From Pirellulales bacterium (GTDB lineage Bacteria > Planctomycetota > Planctomycetia > Pirellulales > PALSA-1355), in NCBI GenBank assembly GCA_963733035.1, contig CAVTBU010000004.1, positions 1 through 64,000 of the forward strand: a stretch of 64,000 nt of DNA, read 5' to 3'. Positions 51,221-62,536 of this stretch are shown here, piece after piece. A program made the position numbers and the translations under genes. The notes under the pieces are model-generated. The model had not been told where the DNA came from. It worked only from the letters and a program-made list of their open reading frames with translations, and did not search any database. Positions within the stretch are counted from its first letter, which is position 1; every line of letters starts with the position of its first letter.

Positions 51221-54200
51221 CTATTCGAGGCGCATCAGCAGGTCGTTTGTGTCCACTTGCGTGCCGGGGGTTACCAACATCTCAACGACTTTTCCGGCTC
51301 GTTCGGCATAGAGCGTGGTTTCCATCTTCATCGCTTCCAGCGTCATCAACTTTGCACCCGAGTCCACCTTGTCACCCAGCTTGACCGACACGGTTACGAC
51401 AAGGCCCGGCATTGGAGCGCCGACCTCTGACGGGTTGCTGCGGTCGGCCTTCGGTCGATTCTTCTCCTCCGGCTCTAGCGACAAGTCCTGCACGTTAATG
51501 CTGCGCGGCTGGCCATTCAAATCGAAGAATACGGTCCGCCGCCCGTCGGGATGTGGATCTCCTACGGTCAGGTATTTGACAATCAGTGTCTTGCCTGTCT
51601 CGATTTCGACGGCCACTTCCTGGCCCGGCTCCTGTCCGTAGAAGAAGACATCGGTCGGCAACACACTGACATCGGCATACTTCTGCTGATGCTCGACAAA
51701 ATCCGTAAACACTTTCGGGTAGATTGAGTACGAGAGTACCTCCTGCTGGTTCGGCTCGCGACCGAGCATTTGCGTAAGCTCTGTGGCGACGGCCTTAAAG
51801 TCTGCTGGGGGCAAACTTGCACCCGGCCGATCGGTGAGCGGTTCCTGTCCCCGCAGAATTCGAGCTTGCACGTCCTGGGGAAATCCACCCGGCGGTTGTC
51901 CCATCCGTCCCGCCATCAGATCCACCACCGATTCAGGAAACGACAGCTCGCGGCTTGGGTCGAGCACGTCATCACACGTGAGATTGTTTGTAATAAGAAA
52001 CAACGCCATATCTCCGACTGCCTTCGACGATGGCGTCACTTTCACGATATCGCCGAACAACTGATTGACGTCGGCATACATCCGGCAGATTGCGGGCCAG
52101 TGCGAAGCCAAGCCCAGCGACGTCGCTTGCTGGTACATATTCGTGTACTGGCCCCCGGGGATCTCGTTAAGATACACGTCCGTCGTACTAGCCATCATGC
52201 CCGTTTCGAACGGCACGTAGAACTCACGCACAGCTTGCCAATAACGATTGATATCTTGCGTGCTCTCAAAGTCCAGCTCGGAGTCGCGGGGAAGAAACCG
52301 CAGGGCCTCGACGACGGCATTCAGACTGGGTTGCGAAGTAAGCCCCGACAGCGATGCCATCGCACCATCGGCAATGTCGACGCCCGCTTCGGCCGCCTTG
52401 AGAATCGCACCCGTCTGCATTCCACTTGTATCGTGCGTGTGAAAATGGATTGGAATGCCGATTTCCTGTTTCAATGCGCTTACCAACTTCTCGGCCGCGT
52501 ATGGCTTGCAGAGACCGGCCATGTCCTTAATGGCCAGGATGTGTGCCCCCATCTTTTCAAGCTGCTTCGCCATTTCGACGTAGTACTTGAGGTTGTACTT
52601 CGTCTTTTGCCCATTGAGGATGTCACCCGTGTAGCAGATGGCCGCCTCGCACAGCATTCCGCTTTCGAGGGCCGCATCCATGGCGACTTTCATATTGGGC
52701 ACCCAATTGAGCGAATCAAAGACGCGGAACAGGTCCATGCCCGCCGCCGCCGACTCCTTTACGAACTCCTGGACCAAGTTGTCTGGATAGTTCGAATAGC
52801 CCAGTGCGTTCGAGGCCCGCAGTAGCATTTGAAACAGGATGTTCGGAATACGTTCTCGGAGGTCCGCCAGCCGCTGCCAGGGGCACTCCCGCAGGAAACG
52901 CATGGCCGTGTCGAAAGTCGCCCCTCCCCACATTTCGATCGAAAAGAGTTCCGAACAGGTGCGGGCATACGTCTCAGCAATTTCCAGCATGTCATAGGTT
53001 CGCAGCCTGGTGGCGAGCAACGATTGATGTGCGTCGCGAAACGTCGTGTCGGTCAGCAACAGACGCTTTTGCTCCAGGATCCACTTGCTGAACTTTTCCG
53101 GACCAAGCTCTTGAAACTTCTGACGTGTGCCCGCCGGTACGGGACGTTCATGGTCCAGCGTGGGTACTGGAGCCGGTTCGCGGCGAATTCTCTCCGGACG
53201 TCTCTTCACCAAAGGATGCCCGTTGACGATGATTTCGCCCAGATAGGCGAACAGCTTAGTGGCGCGATCCTTTCGCGGCGCCAAGTCCAACAATTCCGGC
53301 GTGTCATCAATGAATTTCGTCGTGAAGCCGCCTTCGATGAATTTGGGATGCGTCACCAAATTGATCAGGAACGGAATGTTCGTCTTCACGCCGCGGATAC
53401 GAAACTCCGAGAGTCCCCGTTCCATTCGACGCGCCGCATCGGAGAAGCGAGGCCCCCAAGCGGTAACTTTCACGAGCAGTGAATCGTAGAACGGCGTTAC
53501 GGTGGCACCGCTAAACGCCGTGCCCGCATCGAGTCGCATGCCCATACCACCAGCCGATCGATAGTGCGCAATGCGGCCATAGTCGGGCAGAAATCGATTT
53601 TCGGGATCCTCCGTCGTGACGCGGCATTGCAATGCATAACCGTAAGTACGCACATCCTGCTGTGAAGTCAGACCCACGTCCGGATCAGAAAGCGTACGAC
53701 CCTCGGCCAGCAGTATCTGGCACTTCACGATATCGACACCCGTGACAGCTTCTGTAACCGTATGCTCGACCTGTATTCGAGGGTTAACCTCGATGAAATA
53801 CTGTTTTCCCGTATCGGCATCGACCAGAAACTCGACAGTACCCGCGTTCTGATAGCCGGCCGCTCGACCGATCCGCAGCGCTGCTTCGCAGATGGCCTCG
53901 CGCAATTGGGGATCAAGATTAATCGCCGGCGCGATCTCTACCACCTTTTGATAGCGGCGCTGCACGGAGCAGTCACGTTCAAATAAGTGCACGAGGTTGC
54001 CGTGTTGGTCGCCCAAAAGCTGAACCTCGATGTGCCGCGGACGTTGAATATACTTCTCCAGAAACACGTCGGAACTGCCGAAAGCCGCCATCGACTCGCG
54101 TTGTGCTTGTTCCAGTTGACTAGTCAACTCGCCGGGCTCGTTTACTACGCGCATACCGCGACCACCGCCTCCTTTGGCCGCCTTGAGCAACACCGGGAAG

Positions 54201-54667
54201 CCAAGCTTTTCTGCCAGTTTCAGCGCGGCCTTGGGCTCGGTGAGCGGTTCGCTACTGCCCGACAAAATCGGCACCTTGGCCTTGGCAGCAAGTGCCCTGG
54301 CGGCAATTTTGTCCCCGAGCATTTCCAGTATTTCCGGTGTCGGGCCGCAGAAGATGATGCCTGCCTCCTGACACGCCTTCGCCAAATCCGGATTCTCGGA
54401 CAGAAATCCATACCCAGGGTGAATGGCATCGACTTCGTATTGCTTGGCAAGGTCCAGAATTCCGGCGATGTCAAGATAGGCCCGGATCGGTTCCCCTTGC
54501 TTGCCCACCTGGTAGGCTTCGTCAGCTTTGAAGCGGTGCAGTGCGTAACGGTCCTCGTGCGAGTAGATCGCGACGGTACGGATTCCAAGTTCGTGGGCCG
54601 TGCGAAAGACCCGAATGGCGATTTCGCTACGATTGGCGACCAGGATTTTGCGGATCGATTTCGACAT
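51221..54667 (-). CDS. pyc: Pyruvate carboxylase
   Basis: ANRSEIA, HPGYGFLSE, RDAHQSL, IKDMAG and HFHTHDT motifs; biotin site EAMKM; 1148 aa. Confidence 0.97.
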   Translation of the reverse strand: MSKSIRKILVANRSEIAIRVFRTAHELGIRTVAIYSHEDRYALHRFKADEAYQVGKQGEPIRAYLDIAGILDLAKQYEVDAIHPGYGFLSENPDLAKACQEAGIIFCGPTPEILEMLGDKIAARALAAKAKVPILSGSSEPLTEPKAALKLAEKLGFPVLLKAAKGGGGRGMRVVNEPGELTSQLEQAQRESMAAFGSSDVFLEKYIQRPRHIEVQLLGDQHGNLVHLFERDCSVQRRYQKVVEIAPAINLDPQLREAICEAALRIGRAAGYQNAGTVEFLVDADTGKQYFIEVNPRIQVEHTVTEAVTGVDIVKCQILLAEGRTLSDPDVGLTSQQDVRTYGYALQCRVTTEDPENRFLPDYGRIAHYRSAGGMGMRLDAGTAFSGATVTPFYDSLLVKVTAWGPRFSDAARRMERGLSEFRIRGVKTNIPFLINLVTHPKFIEGGFTTKFIDDTPELLDLAPRKDRATKLFAYLGEIIVNGHPLVKRRPERIRREPAPVPTLDHERPVPAGTRQKFQELGPEKFSKWILEQKRLLLTDTTFRDAHQSLLATRLRTYDMLEIAETYARTCSELFSIEMWGGATFDTAMRFLRECPWQRLADLRERIPNILFQMLLRASNALGYSNYPDNLVQEFVKESAAAGMDLFRVFDSLNWVPNMKVAMDAALESGMLCEAAICYTGDILNGQKTKYNLKYYVEMAKQLEKMGAHILAIKDMAGLCKPYAAEKLVSALKQEIGIPIHFHTHDTSGMQTGAILKAAEAGVDIADGAMASLSGLTSQPSLNAVVEALRFLPRDSELDFESTQDINRYWQAVREFYVPFETGMMASTTDVYLNEIPGGQYTNMYQQATSLGLASHWPAICRMYADVNQLFGDIVKVTPSSKAVGDMALFLITNNLTCDDVLDPSRELSFPESVVDLMAGRMGQPPGGFPQDVQARILRGQEPLTDRPGASLPPADFKAVATELTQMLGREPNQQEVLSYSIYPKVFTDFVEHQQKYADVSVLPTDVFFYGQEPGQEVAVEIETGKTLIVKYLTVGDPHPDGRRTVFFDLNGQPRSINVQDLSLEPEEKNRPKADRSNPSEVGAPMPGLVVTVSVKLGDKVDSGAKLMTLEAMKMETTLYAERAGKVVEMLVTPGTQVDTNDLLMRLE

Positions 54668-54906
54668 GGGAAGCTTGCGTCAACTCGCGTTTGAGAGCTC
54701 GCGGCGGGCTAGGAACTCGGTCAAAATGTAACAGCGCCCGGGGGCGAACGACTAGGGGCAAAGTCGACTCGACAACCCACGTATGCCAAGCTTAAGGTAG
54801 AGCTTACCGCACGATGCCGCGCGAGCGGACTCGGGATTGCGCGGTGGCCGTCGAGCAGCATTCGAAATGGTCCACAGACCGCAATCGTGAAGAGAGCCTA
54901 TTTCCT

Positions 54907-56493
54907 ATGAATCCACGCACGCTGTCGGATTTGCTTGCCGGTTTTGCCTTGGCGCAGGCGATCCTGACTTCATACGCCGCTGCGATCGAAGCCGACGCAC
55001 GAGCCGCGGCCCTCGAGTCGATCACCAAGGATGAGGTCAAGCATCATGTAGACGTCTTGGCCGACGACACGTTCGAAGGTCGTGAGGCCGGTAGCCGGGG
55101 AAACCGCGCGGCTGGTCTTTACATTATTGAGGACCTCAAAAAGTACGGAATCCCCGGGGGTGCCGGCGACGGCAAGTTCTATCAGACGGGCCCCCAGTCG
55201 AACAGCATTCTGGCGATCGCCGAGGGGCGTGATCCGGAGTTGAAGAACGAAGTCATTCTCGTTGGCGCACATTATGATCACGTCGGCTATGGCACGCTGC
55301 GCAACAGCCACGGGCCGATTGGCTACATTCACAACGGGGCGGACGACAACGCCAGCGGCGTGGCCGCACTGCTCGAAGTCGCCCAAGCCGTGAGCCGGTT
55401 GCCCGAACGTCCTAAGCGAACGATCTTGTTTGCCTTCTGGGATGGCGAAGAGAAGGGCCTTTGGGGATCCAAATACTGGATCGAACATCCTACGATTCCG
55501 CTTGACCATTTGCGCGTGGCAATCAACGTCGACATGGTGGGACGGCTTCGCAACTCAAAGGTCACGGTTTATGGAGCCCGCACCGCCCCGGGCTTTCGGC
55601 GGCTTGTCAGTCGGCAAAATGCCCCTGCCCTGCTCCTCGACTTCGACTGGGACGTCCGTGGCGATAGCGATCACTACTCGTTTTTCAACCGCAACATCCC
55701 GTTCATCATGCTGCACACGGGTTTGCATGACGACTATCACCGTCCCAGCGACGATGTCGAAAAGATCAACAACGAGGGGCTCAAAGAGATCACTCGCTTG
55801 ATATTTGGCATCGTCGTTGAGCTGGCCGACGCACCCCAGCTGGGTAGTTTTCGTAGCCAGTCGCGGTCGGAGTCGAACTTCGTTCGCCGCGGTGTGGAGG
55901 TGTCGCTGTCTTCGCCGCCAGGACGGTTGGGCGTGCGCTGGGATGAGGCGCAAGCCCGCAATGGCTTGATCGTCGTGCGTGCGGTGACCCCCGACTCGGC
56001 CGCGGATCGCGCCGGTATTCGCCCGGGCGATCGCATCATCTCGTTCGACAAGCACGAGGTTCACGATGCCCGGCAGTTTCGCATGGGTGTGCTGGCTGCC
56101 GAAAGTCCGGCACCAGTCAGCGTGGCTCGCGAAGGCGAGGAGGAGCCACTCGAGTTGAGCATCCAGCTGCCCGGCTCGCCGGTACGCCTGGGCATCGCTT
56201 GGCGGGTGGATCAAGCCGAGCCGGCCTGCGTCATCGTCAACCGGCTTACCCCCGGTTCGCCGGCCGATATGGCGGGTCTGCGGCCCGGCGATCGGATCCA
56301 CCGGATCTGCGGCCGCGATTTCAGCGGCAGCGACGAGTTCCGCGAGCTGGCCCACTCCCTTCCCAACCCGCTAGTTCTCGAAGTAGAAACCGGTGGCCGC
56401 GTGCGGGCCGTGACGATTCCGAGCTTTGAGCAGGCATCGCAAGCGAACTCGCCGGCCGAAGACGGCAACGCATCTTCGGCCGACGAATCCTGA
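54907..56493 (+). CDS. M28-family peptidase with two PDZ domains
   Basis: GAHYDH, GADDNASG, GEEKGL, SDH and HDDYH motifs; two SxADxAG.RPGDRI PDZ signatures. Confidence 0.9.
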   Translation: MNPRTLSDLLAGFALAQAILTSYAAAIEADARAAALESITKDEVKHHVDVLADDTFEGREAGSRGNRAAGLYIIEDLKKYGIPGGAGDGKFYQTGPQSNSILAIAEGRDPELKNEVILVGAHYDHVGYGTLRNSHGPIGYIHNGADDNASGVAALLEVAQAVSRLPERPKRTILFAFWDGEEKGLWGSKYWIEHPTIPLDHLRVAINVDMVGRLRNSKVTVYGARTAPGFRRLVSRQNAPALLLDFDWDVRGDSDHYSFFNRNIPFIMLHTGLHDDYHRPSDDVEKINNEGLKEITRLIFGIVVELADAPQLGSFRSQSRSESNFVRRGVEVSLSSPPGRLGVRWDEAQARNGLIVVRAVTPDSAADRAGIRPGDRIISFDKHEVHDARQFRMGVLAAESPAPVSVAREGEEEPLELSIQLPGSPVRLGIAWRVDQAEPACVIVNRLTPGSPADMAGLRPGDRIHRICGRDFSGSDEFRELAHSLPNPLVLEVETGGRVRAVTIPSFEQASQANSPAEDGNASSADES

Positions 56494-56511
56494 TCGCGCG
56501 TCGTTTCCGGC

Positions 56512-57222
56512 TTAACGCGTTCGCGGCGGGGCCGTTTTGCGAATCGCTCCAGTCGTGGCGCCGGGCTTGGCAATGTCGATTAGCTCTAACTCGAACACCA
56601 GCGTCGTGTTGGGCGGAATGGCCGGCGGTGAACCCTCGGCACCGTAGGCCAATTCCGGCGGAATGAACACCAAGAACTTCGAACCGGTCGGCATCAACTG
56701 CAACGCCTCTTGCCAACCGGGAATGACCTCCTTGATCGGCGTGGCGAACGGCTTTTCGCCGTTGTTTTCGAACTCGGTGCCATCGATGAACATGGCCTTG
56801 TAGTTCACCTGCACCATGTCATCAGCCTTGGGACGCGGTCCCTTACCGGCTCGCAGCACTTTGTATTGCAGGCCGCTCTTGGTGGTTTGCACGCCCGGCC
56901 GCCGCTGGTTGTCGACCAGGAATTGCTTGCTCTTGCCAGCCTGTTGGGCAATCATCTGCTGCTCGAACTGCTGCATGGCCTGCATGGCCTCTTCCTCGGT
57001 CAACACGGTCTTGCCGGCCGTGGCATCCCGAAGGCCCTGGATGAGCAGGTTGATGTCGATGTCGACGCCTTGCTTCTTGAGCGTGCTGCCCATGCTCATG
57101 CCGAAGCTATAGCTGGCCTTTTGACGCAGGTCTTTCAGACCACCCGCCTGCTGGGCTTGGGCCTGGTTGACAACGACGGCGGCCGCGACGGCCACCAGTA
57201 AAAGCAATCTTCGAAGGTTCAT
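56512..57222 (-). CDS. FKBP-type peptidyl-prolyl isomerase (FkpA/Mip-like)
   Basis: KASYSFG, TKSGLQY, VIPGWQEAL, LAYG and IPPNTTLVFELEL motifs. Confidence 0.92.
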   Translation of the reverse strand: MNLRRLLLLVAVAAAVVVNQAQAQQAGGLKDLRQKASYSFGMSMGSTLKKQGVDIDINLLIQGLRDATAGKTVLTEEEAMQAMQQFEQQMIAQQAGKSKQFLVDNQRRPGVQTTKSGLQYKVLRAGKGPRPKADDMVQVNYKAMFIDGTEFENNGEKPFATPIKEVIPGWQEALQLMPTGSKFLVFIPPELAYGAEGSPPAIPPNTTLVFELELIDIAKPGATTGAIRKTAPPRTR

Positions 57223-57808
57223 GCGAGGTCCTTTCCGGCACATATTTGGCTGGAGTCTGAGCGGGAACGCATGCCGGAGGCCACCTCCTGCAAGCGAGCC
57301 AGATAATAGCCAAAGGGCCCAATTCCACCTAGACCGCTTCACCAGCCTTCCACGCGCAACTCCGCTTCCGCACCGCGACCTATGCGCACCGCGCGGCACG
57401 CGGGCCGCTCCACATTGTGCGACGGTCGCTGGCCCGAATTCAATCGACGATTCGCGGCGCAAGTTTTTCGGTGTCCCATACACGTCCGGCATGCCACGTT
57501 TGGGCACCGCCTCGGTACCGGTTGGCCCAATTCGGATTTTCGAAGATTTTTGAGTGGCCCATTTTCGTGCGATTTGTTCGTGATTCTTTTTCTTTTCCAT
57601 GGGAGCCCGATAAATTGTCGACCAACTCAATGCCATATTTCGCAGTTTGCCCTGTTTGAACATCGACGCCTGGCCTCCCCTCGCCAGTCCAGAATCTGCC
57701 GACCGTAAGCTACCTGAACCGCTGGCCCGATTGAAAGCGCTGGATGGGCCCGGAGGTGCAAAACGCAAGCCGCAGCGGGAAAAATGCAGCGGTTCCGCAT
57801 GGCGACGT

Positions 57809-59797
57809 TCACCGACCCGCGCTGACGAAGATCCGATCGCCGGGGAACACCTGGTAGTTTTCGGACGTGGCGCCGGAGGTGATTTCTTTCCAGTCGACTG
57901 GCAGGATCAGGTCGCGGCCTTCGGCTCCCGGCGAGGGACGCGCAATCCAGATCCGTTTGTTCGACAGGTTGCTCAAGCTGTTTGTCTCGGCCAGCGCGTC
58001 GAGCACGGTTTCGTTGCCGGTGATGGGGAAGCGGCCCACGGTGTCGCCCAGGCCTTCCCCTTCGGTTACCACGTAGTAGACCCTGCTGTTGTAAGCGAAG
58101 ACGCTCAGGAAGACCTGCGGCTTGTCGAGAAACTCCGCCAGGTGACGTTCGATGGCGGCGCGGGCTTCGTCGAGTTTCAGACCGGCCACGTAAACGCGGC
58201 CGTAGGTTCCGAGGTTGACCGTGCCATCGGGGGCCACCAGGTGCTCGCCCGTGATCGGCTGCATGCCGGCCGACTGGTCGAGTTGCACCGAAACCTGCGG
58301 ATCTTTGACGACTTGCCGGAGGCTCTCTTCAACGGCGTGAGCGGCCCCCTCTTCGGTCAGGCCGGCAACCTGCACGCGCCCCGCCTCGCCATATGCGGGT
58401 CCCAAGTCGATGCGGCCCGAGGGGCGGACCGAGTATTCGTTGTGGTTGGGCCCGCTGCCAATGGGAGGTGTGGGAAATCCGCCCTGGAGTTGAATCGTCA
58501 GCGTGTCGGCCGATTGAATCTTGTACGGAGACTTGGGGACAACGCGAACCGCCTCAATAAACAGGATGTCCGGGGGCTCGATGGTGTACTCGGGCAGCCT
58601 AACCATGTTCTTTTCCGACGGCAGCGCCGCTTTTTCCACAGCGCTGAGCGGAGTGGCCGCGCCGGTCCAGTCGGGCCATTTATTGACGATGCCCGTCGGC
58701 GGAGCCGAAGGTTTGTCCAGCGCGGCGACGTTGTTTTTCTCGCTCGTCGCATACATCACCAGGAGCCACGCCAGCGAGGCCGCGGCAGCGCCGACGAGCG
58801 CGCACGTGAGCCCGTAAAACCGACCGTGAACACGCCGCGAAATTCCTAGCACGTTGCGGACCCGTTCGAGTAGCAGCATCTTCGAGCCTCCAATTCCGGC
58901 CGCCAGCATTGGCTCCCACACGGGGCCCTGCCGCGCGGCTAAAAAAGTCAGCGCTTCGACGTAAACCAGGCGATCTCCGGTCGCCCAAGCCGCCCACTGG
59001 TCGCAGCAGAGTTCTCGTTCGATTCGCATTCGCCGCGAACACCACCACACCACGGGATGGAAAAACAACACCGTTTCCACGACGCGCTGCAGGAGATTGA
59101 TCGGCAAGTCCCAGCGGCGCAAGTGCGCGAGCTCATGCGCTAACACCGCTTCGAGCATCTCGGGCTGTAATTCCCACACCCAGGCGGCAGGGAGCAGCAC
59201 CATCGGCTTGAGGACGCCGACGGCCAGGGCCTGCGAAATGCGCTCGGTAACGTAGACGGCCGGCCGCGTGCGAAACGCCATCCGTTTGACAAGTCGCTGG
59301 ACGACGTGTTGCAAGTCCTCCGGCAGCGGCCGGCGCCGGCGCGTGATACGCCAGACGCCAATCGCACCCAACGCGAGCCTGACAGCGAAAAACACGACGC
59401 CAACCAGCCAGGCGGCCACTAACCAAGACTGGCTACGAATCAGCCATGCGCGAAGTACCACGTCGACTCGTTGCGGCGGCTCTCCCGCTGCGTTTCCAGC
59501 TAGTGCGCTTTGTGGATCGCCCGCATAAGGGGAGACGGCAACTTGTACGTCTGAAATTCTGGTGCCCGACCGCGCTGACGCACCGGACAACGTGAGAAAC
59601 GTGGCCAGCGGGCACAACAGCAGAAGCAGCATCAGTCCGCATTGAATCGAGTAGCGAATCTGAGCACTTAAAGGAGTCAGAACGTGGAGGACGCTCCAGG
59701 CCAACGCGCCCAGCAGGGTCGCTTGCCAAAGGAAATGCACGATCGTGGACGCCAGGGCGTGAACCATCTGGTCGCCGAGCGGTAAGCTTGCAATCAT
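57809..59797 (-). CDS. BlaR1-type M56 peptidase fused to polysaccharide-export (Wza/SLBB) domains
   Basis: HELAH, FFHP and ERELCCD; then YTIEPPDIL, V.PDGTVNLGTYG.VYVAGL and GNETVLDAL. Confidence 0.85.
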   Translation of the reverse strand: MIASLPLGDQMVHALASTIVHFLWQATLLGALAWSVLHVLTPLSAQIRYSIQCGLMLLLLLCPLATFLTLSGASARSGTRISDVQVAVSPYAGDPQSALAGNAAGEPPQRVDVVLRAWLIRSQSWLVAAWLVGVVFFAVRLALGAIGVWRITRRRRPLPEDLQHVVQRLVKRMAFRTRPAVYVTERISQALAVGVLKPMVLLPAAWVWELQPEMLEAVLAHELAHLRRWDLPINLLQRVVETVLFFHPVVWWCSRRMRIERELCCDQWAAWATGDRLVYVEALTFLAARQGPVWEPMLAAGIGGSKMLLLERVRNVLGISRRVHGRFYGLTCALVGAAAASLAWLLVMYATSEKNNVAALDKPSAPPTGIVNKWPDWTGAATPLSAVEKAALPSEKNMVRLPEYTIEPPDILFIEAVRVVPKSPYKIQSADTLTIQLQGGFPTPPIGSGPNHNEYSVRPSGRIDLGPAYGEAGRVQVAGLTEEGAAHAVEESLRQVVKDPQVSVQLDQSAGMQPITGEHLVAPDGTVNLGTYGRVYVAGLKLDEARAAIERHLAEFLDKPQVFLSVFAYNSRVYYVVTEGEGLGDTVGRFPITGNETVLDALAETNSLSNLSNKRIWIARPSPGAEGRDLILPVDWKEITSGATSENYQVFPGDRIFVSAGR

Positions 59798-60192
59798 GAC
59801 TCTGACTCCTGCTGGATTGCGTAGTCAGCGATGGCGCGGCGGATTTCGGCAAGTTCCTCGCCAGTCGGGTTGGCTTCTTCCAACAGGTGAGCGACCAGCA
59901 GGCTCGCCGAGCCTTCGAAGGCGCGGCCTAGCAAGTCGCCCAGCATGCGGCGCATGGTTTTCTGGCGACCGGCTTTCGGCGAGTAGACAAACGCCCGGCC
60001 GCGCGGCTTGCGGGTAACCAGGCCTTTGTCGGTCATCACACTGAGCAGGCTCATGACCGACGTATAGGCGCGGGGCCGGCGGCTATTGAGGACCTGCATG
60101 ACCTCGCGAACCGAAAGCGGGTGCTGTCGCCACAAGACGTCCAGCACTTCCAGTTCGCCGGGCGTCGGATGTTCGTATTTGGGACGCGGCAT
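59794..60192 (-). CDS. BlaI/MecI/CopY-family repressor
   Basis: ELEVLDVLW, AYTSVMSLL..M.DKGLV.R...GRAFVY; coupled to the M56 gene. Confidence 0.9.
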   Translation of the reverse strand: MPRPKYEHPTPGELEVLDVLWRQHPLSVREVMQVLNSRRPRAYTSVMSLLSVMTDKGLVTRKPRGRAFVYSPKAGRQKTMRRMLGDLLGRAFEGSASLLVAHLLEEANPTGEELAEIRRAIADYAIQQESES

Positions 60193-60536
60193 GACGGCGG
60201 CCAACGAAGAAGCGGCGTTCAACGTTCACGCGTATCGCCGCCTAGTCTACTGTTTAATCCGTAGATGTCAACGGCAGAAACAGTAGATAGATTGTGGAAG
60301 CGAAGCGAGCCAGAGGGATGAACTGCAACGAGCTGTCGACCGAATTATGGCTGATTAAGCAACTCCGCGATGCAGCGACGTCGCGGTGAGAGGCAGGTAA
60401 ATTGCCGCGCGCTTCATCGCAGGGACCGGGGACGAGCCAGGCAGGCCCAAACCGCTGCGAAGCGGTTCGGCCGATGGCGGAATTGAGTGAGCTTGCCGGT
60501 AGGTTACGGCACCGCGGACCGTCGTCCCAGGCCAAA

Positions 60537-61136
60537 CTAGGAACGTCGCTTTCGGCGGCGACGAATCAAAATGGCCGCGAATCCGGCGATGGCCAACGTG
60601 CCAAGGACGATGCTGGACGGCTCGGGGCCAGGAATAAAGATGGTGCCATCGATCAAGTTCGTGGCAGGCGCGTAAAACGGCGGCAAGTCCGACGGCCCCA
60701 GGTCAGGATGCGTCAGCGAAATCGAGTAGACGCCGGGCAGGGCTCCCGTTGTGTCGATGGTCACGAACGCCAACACGCCATTGGGCCCGACGGTGCCGCT
60801 GAGCGTGGTGATGAACGCCTGGGGTTCACGACCGGGTGCTTGCCACGGTGGATTGCCGTAGTCCTGCTGACCATTGTTGTTGCCATAGAACAACGTGCCG
60901 GGACCAACCATATCGAGGGCTGTTACGACTGGGCCGACAACTCCACCACCGATCGCAAATTGCAGGTCGGCGCCCTGAAACTCATCGCCAGGGTTGCCAG
61001 TAGTGGTAATCTGAATCACCGTCGTCGTGTTCGTACCAATGATCCAGTCACCGGCGACGATCGTCGGAGCCGCCGTCGCCACGGCCGATAGGCAAGACAC
61101 CAACAGCGCCGCTAACAGCGCTTTTCGACAAAGCAT
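60537..61136 (-). CDS. PEP-CTERM secreted protein (tandem paralogue B)
   Basis: Signal peptide; PEPSS-TM-RRRRKR. Confidence 0.85.
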   Translation of the reverse strand: MLCRKALLAALLVSCLSAVATAAPTIVAGDWIIGTNTTTVIQITTTGNPGDEFQGADLQFAIGGGVVGPVVTALDMVGPGTLFYGNNNGQQDYGNPPWQAPGREPQAFITTLSGTVGPNGVLAFVTIDTTGALPGVYSISLTHPDLGPSDLPPFYAPATNLIDGTIFIPGPEPSSIVLGTLAIAGFAAILIRRRRKRRS

Positions 61137-61225
61137 TTAAAAGTCTCCTTCGGTAGCTGATCCTCTCCAGCACCCCAATTCCCGGCCGGCGTCAGGATCG
61201 TGAAGAATATGGGCCCCCCCGACCT

Positions 61226-61822
61226 TTACCAATCACGCCTTCGGCGTCGACGCATTGCAACAGCCGCGAACCCGGCGATGGCCAACGTGCTGAGCAGGAC
61301 GCTAGACGGCTCGGGCTCAATCCAGATGGTGCCATCAATCAGGGGCGTATCCGGCGTGAAGAACGGCGGCAGGTCCGACGGACCCAGCTCGGGATGCGTC
61401 AGCGTAATCGCGTAGACGCCCGGGCCGACTCCCGTCGAGTCGAGCGTTACGAAGGCCAGCACGCCGTTGGGACCAACGAAGCCGCTGAGCGTCGTAATGA
61501 AGGCCTGCGGCTCACGACCGGGCGTTTGCCACGGAGGATTGCCGTAGTCTTGTTGACCATTGTTGTTGCCGTTGAACAACGTGCCGGGACCAACCATGTC
61601 GACGGCCGTTACGACGGGGCCGACAAGTCCGCCGCCGATCGCAAACTGCAGGTCGGCGCCCTGAAACTCGTCTCCAGGGTCGCCCGTGACCGTAATCTGA
61701 ATCACCGCCGTCATGTTCGTACCCATAATCCAGTCGCCGGCGACGATCGTCGGAGCAGCCGTCGCCACGGTCGATAGGTAGGACACCAACAGGGTCGCTA
61801 GCAGCGCTTTTCGACAAAGCAT
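61226..61822 (-). CDS. PEP-CTERM secreted protein (tandem paralogue A)
   Basis: Closely similar to B, with the same AAGGAGACTTTTAAATG leader. Confidence 0.85.
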   Translation of the reverse strand: MLCRKALLATLLVSYLSTVATAAPTIVAGDWIMGTNMTAVIQITVTGDPGDEFQGADLQFAIGGGLVGPVVTAVDMVGPGTLFNGNNNGQQDYGNPPWQTPGREPQAFITTLSGFVGPNGVLAFVTLDSTGVGPGVYAITLTHPELGPSDLPPFFTPDTPLIDGTIWIEPEPSSVLLSTLAIAGFAAVAMRRRRRRDW

Positions 61823-62536
61823 TTAAAAGTCTCCTTCGCCAAGTGAATCGCGTGGGTCTTGTGAGTCATGGCATGCACGGAACTGCCAATAGCAGGGCTA
61901 CAAGCGTACGAACGCCTGAGTCCAAAGGCAGGGAATACGGCGAATGCAATTCAGAATGGCCTGCGAATCAGGCGGTTCACATTCGCGGTGCGAGGTGTTG
62001 CAATAGCGGCTCGTGCGGCAGGACACCAAAATGAGCGTTGCCGGCAGTCTAACCGTGGGGCGGCATCCGTGTCAAGAAAAAACCGATCCGCCGTGCCGCT
62101 GGCGGCGACGCCTTTTCCCATCGCGTCCCAACTGTCCCGGCGGCCCCTTCCGAATGTTTGATTGGCAGACATTGCGGCTAGCGAGAGTCGCCGGTTCATT
62201 CGTTGCATTGATCGAAGTAGAAACGATGGAGTTTCCGCACGGCGCGCGCATTTCCGCCCACCCTCCGCAATTCAGGACGCGCCGAAGACTCGCTCCGTCG
62301 TACGCGGCCGAAGTCGTTGTCGCGTGGATGCAAAACGATCAGTCCACCCAGCCGGCTTAAGTCGCCGCTGGGTTCCATCGGTTCGCGTGCGAGCCGTTGT
62401 TCAACCGACCAACCGCGTGCGAACTAATGTTCGTGTTCGAGCGCTTTGCAAAGTGCGCACTCTGAGTTTCCTTGGTGAGTAGAATGTATTTAGGTGCCGA
62501 GGCGTTTCCACGAAAAACGCCGGAGAGGGCTCTGCC

